64,000 bases of DNA from the human T2T-CHM13v2.0 reference genome, Homo sapiens. Numbering within the stretch: position 1 is the first letter of the stretch; the number at the start of each line of letters is the position of its first letter. The notes beneath the pieces are model-generated. The model made no database searches. It saw nothing but the letters and a program-made list of their open reading frames with translations, and was not told the origin of the DNA. The stretch lies in assembly GCF_009914755.1 (NCBI RefSeq), contig NC_060928.1. One strand, given 5' to 3'. This document shows, in pieces, positions 39,225 through 53,599 of this stretch. Both the position numbers and the translations under genes were made by a program.

Positions 39225-40735
39225 AGAAGCCAACTTACCCTGAAGCTAATAAAACTTGAGTTTCAAGTCTCCATCCTAGGTCCTGGGGGGGCCCTAGAAA
39301 TGTATTTACACTTAGATTTTTAGAAAATTTGCAAACGTATTTAACTAAAAGTGGTTATCATTGCTATCATTTTCCACATTGACTCTGTCCCACCTCCCCT
39401 CATATCAGCTGGCACTGAAGTATTTCTGAGCATTTCAGGAATCTGGCTAAGGAGAAGCTGAATTAGGAATACCTTTATGGAATATCTGGAAATAATTTTA
39501 AGTAATTCCATTATGTGAGCCATCCAGAGTACAAATGACTTCCAAGAACACTCAAACTGTTCACTGACACAACTTAGCCTTGTAACACAAAGGAATGAAC
39601 TAAAGATGATATCATGATATAAATGTGCCCCTTGGCACCCAGAACTAGGAGCATGTGATCAGTGGAAGAGAAACAAGGTTGGAAATGAATGGAACCAGAA
39701 GCTAGTCTGTGGGAAACTCATTTATCGAACATTTCAATGTAAAACTGAAAATTAAAAATTCATCAACACATGATCAAAACTGAAGATATATCTTGTCAAG
39801 CATATAATCAACAATGCATCACGTCCAATTACAAATGCATTTTTGCGGGGAGTGGAAGTTGAGCAAAATAGATTTGTCAAAATTACTCTGCTGGTCACAA
39901 ACCTCTAACAGTACTGTAAAAAGTGTATATATCTATGTATAAAATCACACGTTTTATGCATCTCAATAATAAAAAAATATATTTCAATCATACTAGAGGA
40001 ATGGCTAAATTATCTACTTTTTCTGTAGAAATATTAATAAATCATTTTAATATATAGGAGGTAGGGACTTTATGCTAGTTTACTAGGGCTACCATTAAAA
40101 AAAAAAAAACCAGATTAAGTGGCTTAAACACCAAAAATTTAATTTCTCACAGTTTTGGAAGCTAGAAGTCCAAAACCAAGATGTCAGGAGGTTTGGCTGC
40201 TCCTGAGGCCCTTCCCTTTGGCTTTGCAATTGGCCACCTTCTCACTCTATCTTCACATGCATTTCCTCTGTAAACATATTAGGTGTCTTTTTGTATTTCC
40301 TAATTTCCTCTTATAATGACCTAGTCAGATTAGATTAGGCCCACTCTAAAGGACTCATTTTAACTTGATTATCTCTTAAAGGTCCCATCTCCAAACAGTC
40401 ATATTCTGAAGTATGGGGATTAGGACTTCAACATATGAATTTTGAGAGAACACAATTCAGCCCATAACAGGTACTAAGAGTACGGAGCCAAAAAATGTAA
40501 TGTAAAGGGTAATAAAGACATATGTTAGATGATTAATATTTTTTAAAAATGTTTTTACAGTGTTTGTAATATTTCTGGCATTTTTCATTATTTTTAATTT
40601 GTAATTTATTTTCTCATGTGAAATATATAACCACCTTCGTACTTAATTTGGTATTGATAGTCTGTTGCATTCTTTAAAGAGAGCCCTCTGATAGTACGTC
40701 AGATTCAGCACCTACAAAACCGAGACCCAACCCAT
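39225..40735. mobile_element. hAT-Tip100 (Arthur1-like) fossil interrupted by an MLT1
   Basis: Ends gccaacttaccctgaagctaataaaacttgag and ttctttaaagagagccc...cctacaaaaccgagacccaaccc resemble the element termini. Confidence 0.55.
40071..40469 (-). mobile_element. MLT1A/B MaLR LTR
   Basis: ttctcacagttttggaagctagaagtccaaaaccaagatgtc...cacaattcagcccataaca. Confidence 0.9.
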
Positions 40736-41829
40736 TTCTTAGATTCAATGGCTTTACAGAGTGTCAGAGTTCAACTGCTTAATCCCTAAAACCAAAATCA
40801 TTTTACTGACATCGAAAAACATGTAGACTCCATTTTAACACAAAATATCTGTATTTTGAAAAGAAATAGTCATATATAATTGTCATATATGGCAGCCAGC
40901 TTTTTAAGTTCAAGAAATTAAAAGGGTGTTTTGTTGTTGTTGTTTCTGACATTCAACTGTCCTTAAAGTCCAGACATTAAATTCCTTGCTATGTTCTTAT
41001 TATACTATTTTCATGTCTTATTTCTTCTATGTACATAAGGGTTATATGTAAGAAGTTTTGAAAATACCAACAGGAAAAATTTTGCCTAATGGTATCAACA
41101 ATATCACCATGATCCTGACTTGCCAAGAGAACAACTAAATATGACATTTTATATTTCTATATTAAAGTCTATTCATCATTTCCTAATGGGACAATAACTA
41201 CATAAACCCTGTATAGAGCTTTCCTGAAACATCAGCATGCTCTTGGGTATGATAGAAGTTTTGCCTCAGGGCTAGAGACAGAATTCAGAAAGGGAAGTAA
41301 GGTGAATGACCTATAGAACTGGCCTGCTTGACAAATAACCAGGAAAATAATGAGACAGAAAAATTAGGTGTTTAATTTCTGAAATCCTCAAGTTTTGAAT
41401 TTCAAGAAATCCCCTAACTTATTCATTCAGATTACATCATTTTACATTTAATCTTATGTTTAAAATCGTATAAAAGTAATGAAGCCTGTCAAGTAATCTC
41501 ACTTTGAACATTCCTTGAAATACTGACAAGAATTTAGGTCAGACTTTCAGGAGCTAAATGCCTCTCTTGTTTCATATAATAATCACAGTTCACCTTCATT
41601 AGCAATATTTGAAGTACAATACTCTGGGTTTCTTTGGACAAAGCTACTTCAAAAAGCTAAAAGAAATTACAGTTCAAAATAGATAACTGCAATTTAATTT
41701 TTTAAAATTAAAAATTCATGAGGTTTCTTAACTTAGATCTGAATTTCTGCTTTCAGTGATCTAATATTCATGGCCAAACATACCAGCTTTTGTTCCAACC
41801 AAGGATTGACAACACCCTTACGTGCTTAC

Positions 41830-41834
41830 ATGGT
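41830..41834 (-). other. Candidate 5-nt microexon ACCAT
   Basis: ccttttttttttaacctaag|ACCAT|gtaagc; the AAG acceptor is weak. Confidence 0.18.
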
Positions 41835-41906
41835 CTTAGGTTAAAAAAAAAAGGTCACTTGCAAAATGTGCTCTTATTAAGGGACAAAGCTTTGATCAGC
41901 CAGGTG

Positions 41907-42238
41907 TTTTTGTTTGTTTGTTTGTTTGTTTGTTTGTTTGTTTTTGTGAGACGGAGTCTCGCTCTGTCGCCAGGCTGGAGTGTAGTGGCATGATCTCAGC
42001 TCACTGCAATCTTGGCCTCCTGTGTTCAAGGGATTCTCCTGCCTCAGCCTCCTAAGTAGCTTGGACTGCAGGCACGTGCTTACCACGCCCAGCTAATTTT
42101 TGTATTTTTAGTAGAGACAGGATTTCACCATGTTGGCCAGAATGGTCTCGATCTCTTGAGCTCATGATGAGCTCGTGATCTGCCCACCTCGCCCTCCCAA
42201 AGTGCTGAGATTACAGGCGTGAGCCACCGCACCCGGCC
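41907..42238 (-). mobile_element. AluS (Sc-like) with a (TTTG)n tail
   Basis: Antisense Alu; TSD cagccaggt(g/c)ttt. Confidence 0.97.
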
Positions 42239-42981
42239 CAGCCAGGTCTTTAGAATCACAGAAAACTAGAGAAAGGCATACCCAGATTTAATGTTACTCT
42301 TCTAATTCTCTACTATTTTCTTCTCTGGAACTCTACTCAAATAGTTCCAAATACCAAGAAAATTGTGTTATCCACTTTTATCTTAATCCAAGATAACAAC
42401 TACAAAGTATCTTAATGGTGGTCAATGTTAATTTTTGAATCAATCATCCTCTAGCTATGAGTGTTTTGAGGGCCTTGTCCTGTTTCTCAAAAAAAAAAAA
42501 AAAAAAAAAAAAAAGCAATAGTACTGTTTTGTTTATCCTGAAGCATGTCCATGAGCCATTGTTCTAAACAGTTTTAGTTTCAGGGAACTAACAAGAGGAG
42601 AAGAAAAGGGTACCCATGCTAGAAGACTGACATCATATTTTGGCAGCTCTATTTCCTTTGTGATCAACACATTTTTCATTTCTTTGTAAAGTTAAAATTA
42701 ATAGAAAAATGTAAAATGTCCCTTTCAGATTGGGACACTTCTTTCTTTATAATATCCTGGACACCCTTTTCCTCTTCCCACAGTGGGGTAGCATCCAAAA
42801 ACAAGGAGGTGAATATATGGTGAATATCAATTCTGAGTTTATGGTGGAAGAGGGACCAGACTTTGGTAGTTCACATGGCACCCAGGGTATATGAAGAATC
42901 TCTTTCAGGGGTTAAATACAACTCAGACCATCATCCCCCAAAGCATAATATCATACATTGAAAAACATGACTCTTCTCTTT

Positions 42982-43306
42982 TGATATGCTTTGGCTCTGT
43001 GTCCCCACCCAAATCTCATCTTGAATTATACTCCCATAATTCCCACCTGTTGTGGGAGGGTCCAGGTGGGAGATAATTTGATTCATGGGGGTGGTTTCCT
43101 CCATACTGTTCTCATGGTAGTGAATAAGTCTCATGAGATCTGATGGTTTTATCAGGGGTTTCCACTTTTGCCACCATGTAAGAAGTGCCTTTTGCCTCCC
43201 ACCATGATTCTGAGGCCTCCCCAGCCATGTCGAAGTCCAATTAAGCCCCTTTTTCTTCCCAGTCTCAGGTATGTCTTTATCAACTGCAAGAAAACAGACT
43301 AACACA
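42982..43306 (+). mobile_element. THE1 solo LTR
   Basis: tgatatgctttggctctgtgtccccacccaaatctcatcttgaatt...aaaacagactaacaca. Confidence 0.93.
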
Positions 43307-44044
43307 CCTTGCCTTAACTCAAATATGATCTACAAAATATAAAATCCAAAAAGTGAATCCAGGAGCATAAATTTCTATAGGAATGACAACCTTGACCAAA
43401 AAAATTAGATAAAGTTGAAATAACATTTTGGGGAAAAAAACAAACTTATAATTCCCAATGAAAAATATCCCATCTGTGTTTCTTGACACATTATTTTTGT
43501 CCTCAAATTTACATGTTGTATTTACAAATGTTTCTGTTCTCAGGTTAATTTTAAAACTTCAAATCGGATATGTACATCTTTGAATTAAGCATAACTAAAT
43601 AAATATGAGAATATAAATCTTGAATGCTAAATGCATATAGATCACTAATTTTTCTTTCTAATCATCAGCCAACACTTGAGTTCAAGTCTACCTAATATCC
43701 TAGTAGGCATGTCCAATTCATTGCTTAACTATCACTCTACAATTCTCTAAATGCACTACTTTTTCTTCTGCAAGAAAAGTACTGTTTTACATTGTCCTTA
43801 TTTCAATTCAATATTATCATGATTCTTCCAATTATTTAAAACACAGATTGCAGCAGCATCCTCTCATTCATCTCTTTCATGCCCAACCAAGTTCTGAAGA
43901 CACTGCCTTCAAAAATCTCCTATTTTATTAATGTCTAGTTCTCATCATTCTCCTCTCAATTACTACACTAAACTCCTAAATCATCTCTATACCTCAAATC
44001 TACTTCATTCTACTTACTCCGATATAGTCATGACATTAATTTTT

Positions 44045-44355
44045 CTTTTCTCTTTTTTTCTTTTTTTTTTTTTTGGAGATACAGTTTCACTCTTGTTGCC
44101 CAGACTGAGTGCAATAGTGCGATCTCGGCTCACCGCAACCTCCACCTCCCAGGTTCAAGAGATTCTCCTGTCTCAGCCTCCTGAGTAGCTGGGATTACAG
44201 GCATGCGCCACCATGCCCAGCTAATTTTGTATTTTTAGTAGAGACGAGGTTTCTCCATGTTGGTCAGGCTGGTCTCAAACCCCCGACCTCAGATGATCCA
44301 CCCGCCTTGGCCTCCCAAAGTGCTGGGATTACAGGTGTGAGCCACCGCACCCAGC
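44045..44355 (-). mobile_element. AluSp/Sq
   Basis: Antisense Alu (tttcactcttgttgcccag, tttctccatgttggtcagg); TSD gacattaattttt. Confidence 0.97.
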
Positions 44356-44719
44356 AGACATTAATTTTTCTATTTCACCACTTTCATCATGATATTCCAT
44401 CACCCTGGTTCAAGTCCTTAAATAATCTGTCATCACCCACAGAAACAATTTTCAGCTTTCCAGTGTGTTACTGGGGATAAAACTAAATACCTATATTTAT
44501 TATATATTAAACTGTACCATTATAATCGGAATAGTTTCCTCAGGTTCTGCAAACAACCTACATCTCTTATTTGCTCATTTTTATTCCGCACCCCATACTC
44601 TACACAAGGAGTACCCTCCCACATTCTTACTGCCTATTGCATTTTCATCTTCCAGAGCTTACTAAGATCTTCTCTGACACTTTTCGTTACCCTTCCTGTC
44701 ATCAAAAAGAATATAGTAG

Positions 44720-44950
44720 ATTGGGGAACTATATATCCTAAGGATTTAGGCAACTTTGAGATAAAATCCCAGTGCTGTCATCTATCTACTGTGAAAGACA
44801 AGTTAAATCCTTGAACCTTGGCTTCATTACCTGCAATACAGGAGAAAATACTGCCTAATTCTATACCCAATGAAAGACTAAATGAAATAGTGTATAAAAA
44901 GTATTAGCATGGACAAGTGATTTTACTTGGCCATCTATTAAATATTAAAT
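44720..44950 (+). mobile_element. MIR
   Basis: aaatcccagtgctgtcatctatctactgtga...ttcattacctgcaatacaggag. Confidence 0.65.
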
Positions 44951-45095
44951 CCATACTTCTAAATATAATCATGAAATAGTTGTTAAAATTATCACTTTGA
45001 CTCAAATGATCGCTATTTATTAAACAAAAAATTATGCAGCATACTTTTATAGCTACTTAAACATTGTATGCATTTTGAAAATTGATAATCTATAC

Positions 45096-45125
45096 CTGAG
45101 ATATCTGCTACATTTAACTTGAATG
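45096..45125 (-). CDS. Candidate 30-nt exon (phase 2: IQVKCSRYL)
   Basis: Long U tract ...ttttgttaactag|CATTCAAGTTAAATGTAGCAGATATCTCAG|gtatag; length is a multiple of 3. Confidence 0.35.
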
Positions 45126-45290
45126 CTAGTTAACAAAACCAAAAAACAAAAACAAAAAAAATTCCCCTAAACAACATATCAACAAATAGCCAGAGTTTAA
45201 TATATTTAAAAGTCAGGAAATTAATGTGAAGATTTTTCAATTCAAAAGGTCCTGAATAGATAATTTGTAATCACTCTTTTAGTATTAGGG

Positions 45291-45586
45291 TGTTTGTTTG
45301 TTTGTTTTTAGACAGAGTCTTGCGCTGTTGCCAGCCTGGAGTGGAGTGGCAGAATTTCAGCACACTGCAACCTCTGACTCCCAGGTTCCAGCAATTCCTC
45401 TGCCTCAGCCTCCCAAGTATCTGGGATTACAGGTACATGCCACCACGCCCAGCTAATTTTTTATATTTTAGTAGAGACGGGTTTTCACCATGTTGGCCAA
45501 GATGGTCTTGATATCCTGACCTCATGATCTGCCCACCTCGGCCTCCCAAAGTGCTGGGATTACAGGTGTGAGCCACTGCGCCCGGC
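45291..45586 (-). mobile_element. AluS
   Basis: Antisense Alu; TSD tagtattagggt. Confidence 0.96.
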
Positions 45587-45630
45587 CTAGTATTAGGGTT
45601 CTTTTAAGTAATATGATTAATAAAAGAATA

Positions 45631-45960
45631 AGGCTGGATGCTGTGGCTCACACCTGTAACCCTAGTACTTTGGGAGACCGAGGTGGGAGGATTGTTTGTG
45701 TCCAGGAGTTTGAGACCAGCCTGCTCAACATAGTGAGACCCCATCTCTACAAAAAAATCCAAAATTAGCAGGGAGTGGTAGGGCGTGCCTGTAATCCCAA
45801 CTGTTCAGGAGGCTGAGGCAGGAGAATCAAGGATGTGGTGAGCGTGATTGTGCCATTGTACTCAGCTGGGCAATAGAGTGAGATCCTGTCAAAAGTCAAA
45901 AAAAAAGAGGAAAGAAAGGGAAGAAAGGAGGAAGGAAGGAAGGGAGGGAGGGAGGAGATT
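45631..45960 (+). mobile_element. AluJ with a right-arm deletion and GA-rich tail
   Basis: ggctggatgctgtggctcacacctgtaac...aacatagtgagaccccatctctac; (GGAA/GGGA)n tail. Confidence 0.92.
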
Positions 45961-46999
45961 TTTTATATATCCAGGGAATGACATTTTTTATATATCCAGA
46001 GAAAGACCCTAGGAAAAATCTGTGGCTTTTTCAAGACAGACATTTTACACTGTATAAATCTGTGCTAGGAGGGTGGTTTGCCTCCCCTAATAGGCAGAAA
46101 AACCAGCCCCAGACTCGAGTGTTTGAGCTGGAAGAAGCATGGTGATGGCCAGGTTGGCCCTTATTTGGAGAAATTATGAGAAACTGATGGGGAAAGAAAG
46201 GCATTCAGAAGCTTAGAAATAATGGTGAAGTGGGAGCTTGGGAGATACCTGTGGCTTACACAAAAATAATCATTTTAAGGAACGTACTACAGAACATTTT
46301 ACCAAATTGACAAAGGTCACTGAACTAGTAATTACAACCAGGTAGAAAAATATGCTTAAGAATCTGCAGAAAAAAAAAGCATTAAAAAAAAGCTTTTGCA
46401 TCTTTCCTATTTTAAAAACAACTGAACAGCCCTCATCTTCAGGTTTCCAGTTTAGAGTATATTAAAAAAAGTAATGAGAGGTTAGAATAGTGATTACAGG
46501 ACTGGGAAAACAGAAAAAAAAAACAAAAGTAGGCATAATGCCTAACATAACAGACAATAGGAGAAAACACACAAAAAAAGATTCAAAGTACAGCATACTG
46601 GGGCTTTTATTGCAAGTTTCCTCAGCCTTACATATTTCAATTGCTTCAGGGGTATCACTTTATCAGTAAAACAATAAAATGACTAGTATCATTAATGAGG
46701 AACCTTCTTAATTTAGCTATTTTCCGCAAAAGTATTTCTAAAATGTATCACACAATTCCCTCCCTTGTTATACCTATTACAATAATATAACCTTTTTTCC
46801 TTTAGGTTTCCTGACATAAGGCTATAAAACAGCAAAAATACTTAGATACTTTGAGAATAATCTGTATGATCTCTTTATAAATTATACAGAAATTGCCTTC
46901 AAAATAAGTATGGCCCGCTTGTTTGATGGATCTCAACATCACTATGGATTAATGCCTAGTGACAAATATTAACTAACAGTGTAATACTAATCACAATAA

Positions 47000-47170
47000 T
47001 AATAAACACATATTAAACTCTTTCTATTATAAAAACTGCATTATATTCTTCACCTGTATTACTTCATGCAATAGTCTCAATCACTTTGATAAGGTAACTA
47101 CAGTTATTATTCTCATTTTATACTTGGGAAGATTGAAGCAGACAAAGGTTAAGTAATTTTCCCAAATTCT
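47000..47170 (-). mobile_element. MIR
   Basis: ttattattctcattttatacttgggaagattgaagcagacaaaggttaagtaattttcccaa. Confidence 0.75.
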
Positions 47171-47194
47171 TAATGAAAAGGGACGAGGTTATGG

Positions 47195-47547
47195 GTATTA
47201 GTTTGTTTTAATGCTGCTGATAAAGACATACCTGAGACTGGGCAATTTGCAAAAGACAGAGGCTTAACTGGACTTACAGTTCCACATGGCTGCAGAGGTC
47301 TCACAATCATAGAGGAAGGCAAGGAGGAGCAAGTCATGTCTTATGTGGATGATGGCAGGCAAAAAAGAGCTTGAGGAGGAAAACTCCCCCTTATAATAAC
47401 TATCAGCTCTTGTGAGACTTACTCACTATCACAAGAACAGCATAGGAAGACCTGCCCCCATGATTCAATGACCTCTCACCATGTCAGTCCCAAAACACGT
47501 GGGAATTAAAGATTAGATTTGGGTGGGGACACAGCCAAACCATATCA
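47195..47547 (-). mobile_element. THE1B solo LTR
   Basis: gtattagtttgttttaatgctgctgataaagacatacctgagactggg...ggggacacagccaaaccatatca. Confidence 0.94.
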
Positions 47548-47855
47548 GCATGTATATTATAATCTCCTGAGGTGGCCTTTCCCAAGATAGTTCTGTAAAA
47601 TAACAAGTATTACATAATAAAATGTCTCCAATATCAAACATGTTTGAGGAACTTTGGGTTACATTTAATAGATTTTACACAGGAGTTCTCAGTGACTTTA
47701 ACAATCCTAGTGAATACTAGGTCCCAAGAATAGTGCATAAAAATGTAGAAAAACTCCATATGTCTCACAATTATTTGATGACACTCCATTTTTCTTACAA
47801 TATCTTATATGCTTGAAACAAACTTAGAGAAACACTTGGAAAAGGTACAAAAGTG

Positions 47856-48677
<822 letters not shown>

Positions 48678-49612
48678 CATGGATTACAGGGTGGCACAAT
48701 GTTGATATCTTAAACCTAGAATAAAATCTAGAACACTAAAAGTGAAAGCACTATGTAATAACTGGGCAGGGTAAATAATTTGGAAAGAGAATTGAGAGAA
48801 GATATTCATGTGGCCAACTGAGAAGAGATCTTGTTTACATTAAAAAACCAACAAACTAATCCACAGTAAATAATTCAACCACTCCCTGAAACTCAATTAT
48901 ATCAGCTGGGAAACAGAGCTACCAGCTCTAACCTACAAGACTACTATAATAATTAGCCAAGTAAATGACACACAAGAAGTATGCGTAAATATTACTACAT
49001 TAGCAACTTTACACTCCCACTCTTGCACCAGCCACCAATCTTTTGTTGACTCTTTGAGTTATCTTACAGAACTTCCAAGGCTATGCAGAACTACTATTCT
49101 GGTGAAGAAAGAATAGTTTGTTGGAATATAGTTTCCCCAATTAGTATATAATTTCTCCAATATGGGAAAAATGTTTGTATCCACAGGATACTATGCAATA
49201 CCTTTATGGCTTGGAAGAGTATGTACAAATTCTGAATGCATCACATCTACTAGGAGAGAGCATTAAGCCACATAGCTTTAAAAATTAGCCTTCTAGGAAA
49301 GAGATTCTTGGAAAACTTGCTTATTTGTGACAGACTTGATAGGCAGACACTGGCCTAACATTACAAATTTTAAGAGTATTTAACTGGACACAATAGCCTG
49401 CAAAAAAATAACAGAATGTAAAGAAAGCATTTACTACAATGATACTTAAAAATTGATGCTATCATTTTTCTAGGCATATTGTCAATTAAATTATTCAATA
49501 TGATTGGGCTATTCTTCTGAGACTTTGTGTAGATAATCTGCAGTTATTCAAAGAGTCGTTCCAAAACACAGAATAAAACAGACATTTTTCTCTTCTCTGA
49601 GCCCTTCCTCAC

Positions 49613-49664
49613 CTTAACATGATCATGTTTCTTTGTCGCTGCAATTTATTTATCAATTCAGGAC
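49613..49664 (-). CDS. Candidate 52-nt coding exon (GPELINKLQRQRNMIML)
   Basis: attcatctcacag|GTCCTGAATTG...ATGTTAAG|gtgagg. Strong donor; only the phase 1->2 frame is open; unique sequence. Confidence 0.45.
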
Positions 49665-50362
49665 CTGTGAGATGAATATATAATGCTATAAAATATTGTG
49701 TCTGTGCTACTGGAAATCAACTCCAGGTAAAAGATGCTTATTCTGCCTTTATGTTTTGCTGTTTAATAGAGTAAATCCTATTTTAACAGAATGTATTATA
49801 TTCTATCACATCAGTGCCCACATATTGCATCAATATATGCAAGTTCCCAGAGAGGAAAATGTACTGTATAATTTACTTAAACTGACATCAAGTAGCATCA
49901 GTACATCTAAATGAGGAAACAGATGACAGAATTTGTTAAAATTTAAGAAACTTCTATATATGTTACAATAATATCTAACTGAAATAGCATTCGTATAAAA
50001 TGAGCAGTTTGATGGAAGTAAACTGGTAACTGAAACTTTAAAACACAATCTTTGGAAAAGAAATCCCTGTTCCCCTAGACGGAAATCTCTAAAATATATG
50101 GCCTACATCCCTGTTATCTATTATTGGTAAAAGAATTACTTGAACTTCAACATAACAGTAGCCGCTAAGAGTTGAACTCCTAAATTTAACACATAAATGA
50201 TAAAATGAGCTATATATAGAAACTTGCTCAAAGGACCAGATTTTTCCTAAATCAATGCTTAAAGGGTAGTTTGGAAATCCAATTGTTGTATTGTTAAACA
50301 TGAAAAATGCCATTATGTAGTCAACAGTATTACTATATCCAAAGAAAGAATACCTAGATGGT

Positions 50363-50848
50363 TGTAGTAGGCAGAATAATGCCCCCCCAAAAGATGTTCA
50401 CCCCCAATTCCTGGATTCTGTGACTATGTACAAAAAGGAGTCTGCAGAGGTACTTAAATTCAGGATTTTAAGGTGGAGGGATAATCCTGCATTATCCAGA
50501 AGAGCCCAATGCCATCATGAAAGTCTTTATAAACAAAAGAGAGGGACAGGAAAATCAGACACAGAAAGAAAGAGATTGATTTGAGGATGCTACACTGCTG
50601 GCTTTGATGACAGAAGGAAGCCAGGAGACAAGGAATGTGGACAACACCTAGATGCTGAAAAAGACTAGAAAACAGATTGTCCCCTTGAGCCTCCAGAAGA
50701 AACCCAGCTCTGCTGACACCTAGATTTTAGCCCAATAAGATCCACTTCAGACTTCTGATCTCCAGGACTATAGGAGAATAAACTGATTTTGTTTTAAGCC
50801 ACTAAATTTGTGGCAATTTGTTTATAGCAGCAATAAGAAACTAGTATA
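50363..50848 (+). mobile_element. MLT1D MaLR LTR
   Basis: tgtagtaggcagaataatgcccccccaaaagatg...aagccactaaatttgtggcaatttgtttatagcagcaataagaaac. Confidence 0.92.
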
Positions 50849-51372
50849 CTGATCTTCACAGAGTCCTGAAAAAAAAAAAGAAGAGCAAAAGGCTTAGAGA
50901 ATTTTTATTAAGCATCAACCAAGAAAAGAGACCCTGAAGTATGCTGATTATTAGAAAAGTATACTCTTCTCAGGCAGACCTGATTGGGTTTTTAGGAAAC
51001 CTGAATACAAAATTCCACAAAACAATGTAATTCCCTTTGATCTTCTGTGTTTACCATGCAGACTTCCAATGACCAATTGATTTCCAGGATGCAAAATAGG
51101 GAGGAAGTGCTCTGGGTAGTGGGCTATAAGAATGGCATCATCTCTATTATAAATGTGTCGAAAGTAGGGAGCCTAGTTCTCCTGAGACCATTTAACAAGA
51201 TGCACCCTGACAAAAACTGGGTGGCCCCTGAGGGCTGAGAATTACTGTCATGGCCAGTCTTCCTGCAGTCTGGTATCCAGCTATAATCCCTTCATGTCAT
51301 CTTTATTGCACTCTCTTTTATTTTAACACTTTCTTGCATAGATATACAAGAAATTTAAGATAATACATTTAT

Positions 51373-53527
51373 TGATATAGTTTGGATGTTTATCCCCTCA
51401 AAATCTCATATTGGAATGCACTCTCCAGTGTTGAAGGTAGGGCTTAGTGGGAGGTATCAGACATAAGGATCACTCATACATGGCTTAGTGCCATCCCCTT
51501 GGTAGCACTAACTTGGTACTGAGGAGTCAGCTGTTGCAATAAAGATACTTGAGATTGTGGAAGCAGCCTTGGAACTGGGTAACAGGCGGAGATTAGACGA
51601 GTTTGGAGGGCTCAGAAGGAGACAGGAAGCCAAGGGAAAGTTTGGAACTTCTTAGAGACTTGTTAAATGCTTGTGACCAAAATGCTGATGGAAATATGGA
51701 CAAAGGACAGGCTGATGGAGTCTCAGACAGAAATGAGAAAGTTATTGGGAAGTGAAGTAAAGGTCATCCATGTTATGCCCTAGCAAAAAACCTGGCTGCA
51801 TTGTGTTCATGTTCTAGGGATCAGTGGATGTTTGAACTTAAAAGTGATGACTTAGGGTATGTGCTGGAAGAAATTTCTAAGCAGCAAGGTGTTCAAGAAG
51901 TGGCATGGCTTCTTCTAACAACCTGCGATCAGATATGAGAACAAAGAAATGACTTAAAGTTGGACTTATATTTAAAAGAGAAGTAGAGCAAAAACATTTG
52001 AAAAATTTGCAGGCTGGCCCTGTGGTAGAGAAAGAATCCAAGCAGGCTGCAGAGAAACCACTGGCTAGAGAGATTAGCATGACTAAAAGGGAACCTGGTG
52101 CTAATATCAAAGACAATGGGAAAAAGCCTCAAAGGCATTTTGGCAGTCTTCAAGTCTTCTAGACAGTTCCTCCCATCACAAACCCTGAAGCCTAAGAGGA
52201 AAGAATGGTTTTAGGGTCCAGGCCCAGAGTGCCACTTCCCTGTGCAGCCTTGGGACACTGCTCCCTGCATTCCAGCTGCTCCAGCTACAGCCATGGCTAA
52301 AAGGACATCAAGGTACAATTTGGGCTGCCACTCTGGATAGTTCAAGCTGCCATATCCTTGGCAGTTTCTACTCGGTGTTAAGCCTGCAGGCAAACAGAAT
52401 GCAAAAGTGAAGGTGGCTTGGCAGCACTCCCCTGGATTTCAAAAGACGTGCTGGAAAGTCTAAATGCCCAGGCAGAAGCCTGCTACAGGGGTGAAGCACC
52501 CACAAAAGACTGTACCAGGGCAATGTCAAGGGAAAATGTGGGTGGACCCACAGAGTCCCCACCAGGGGACTGTCAGGTGGAGCTGTGAGAAGGGGGCTGC
52601 CATCCTCCAGACCTCAGAATAGTAGCCATAGATAGCTTGCATCCTGAGCCTGCCAGCACTCAACTCCAACCCATGAGAGCAGCCACATGGGCTGTACCCT
52701 GAAAAAGCCACAGGGGATGGGATGACCAAGAACTTGGGAGCCCACTCCTTGCACCAGTGTGCCCAGAATGCAGGACATGGAGTCAAAGGAGATTATTTTC
52801 GAGCTATAAGATTTAATGATGCCCTGCTAGATTTCAGATTTTTATGGAGCCTACTGTCTCTCTCTTTTGGCTGATTTCTCATTTTTAGAAGAGGAATGTT
52901 TGTCCAATGCCTGTACTACCACTGGATCTTGGAAGTAAATAACTTGTTTTGATTTTACAGGCACAGAGGTGGATGGAGATAAGTCTCAGATAAGAGTTAG
53001 GACTTTGGACTTGATGCTGGAATGAGTTAAGACTTTAGGGGAATATTAAGGGATTATTGTATTTTGTGATGTGAGAAGGGTATGAGTTTTGGGAGATCAG
53101 GAGAGGAATTACATGGTTTGGATATGCATCTCCTCCAAATCTCATGTTGAAATGTAATCCCCAATGTTGGAGGCGGGACCTAGTGGTAGGTATTTGATCA
53201 TAGGGGCGGATCTCTCATGAAGGGCTGAGCACCATATCCTTCCTTGGTGATGAGTTCTCAGTTCACTCAAGATTTGGTTGTTTAAAAGAATCTGGGACAT
53301 CCCCTTTCTTTCTCTGGCTCCCACTCTTGCCATGTGACACAACATTAGCTCCTCCTTCACCTTCTGCCATGATTGGAAGCTTTCTGAGGCCCTCACCAGG
53401 AACAGATGCCAGTGTTATGTTTCCTGTATAGCCTGCAGAACCATGAACCAAAATAAAAATCTCTTTTCTTTATAAATTACCTAGGTTCAGATATTTCCTT
53501 ATAGCAATGCAAGAATGAATTAACACA
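51373..53527 (+). mobile_element. MSTB-like MaLR provirus: truncated 5'LTR (51373-~51508), MST-int, 3'LTR (~53109-53527)
   Basis: Two MST LTR starts, MaLR internal sequence (ttggaactgggtaacaggc, gaaatttctaagcagca) and a 5-bp TSD tttat. Confidence 0.92.
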
Positions 53528-53599
53528 TTTATGTTGTAAGTCATTCAAAATGTTTTTAATCTACTTCAGGGGAATCACTGTAACAATAGAAAGATAATA

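Noticed and set aside
39232-39260. Apparent 1-nt exon or recursive splice site (cttcag|G|gtaagt on -)
   Set aside because: It coincides with the terminus of the hAT-Tip100-like element, so the motif is repeat-derived.
42480-42514. ctgtttctc(A)25 as another truncated Alu
   Set aside because: No TSD visible and too little Alu sequence; treated as a simple polyA run.
51877-53451. Cluster of - strand ORFs
   Set aside because: All lie within the MST internal or LTR sequence.
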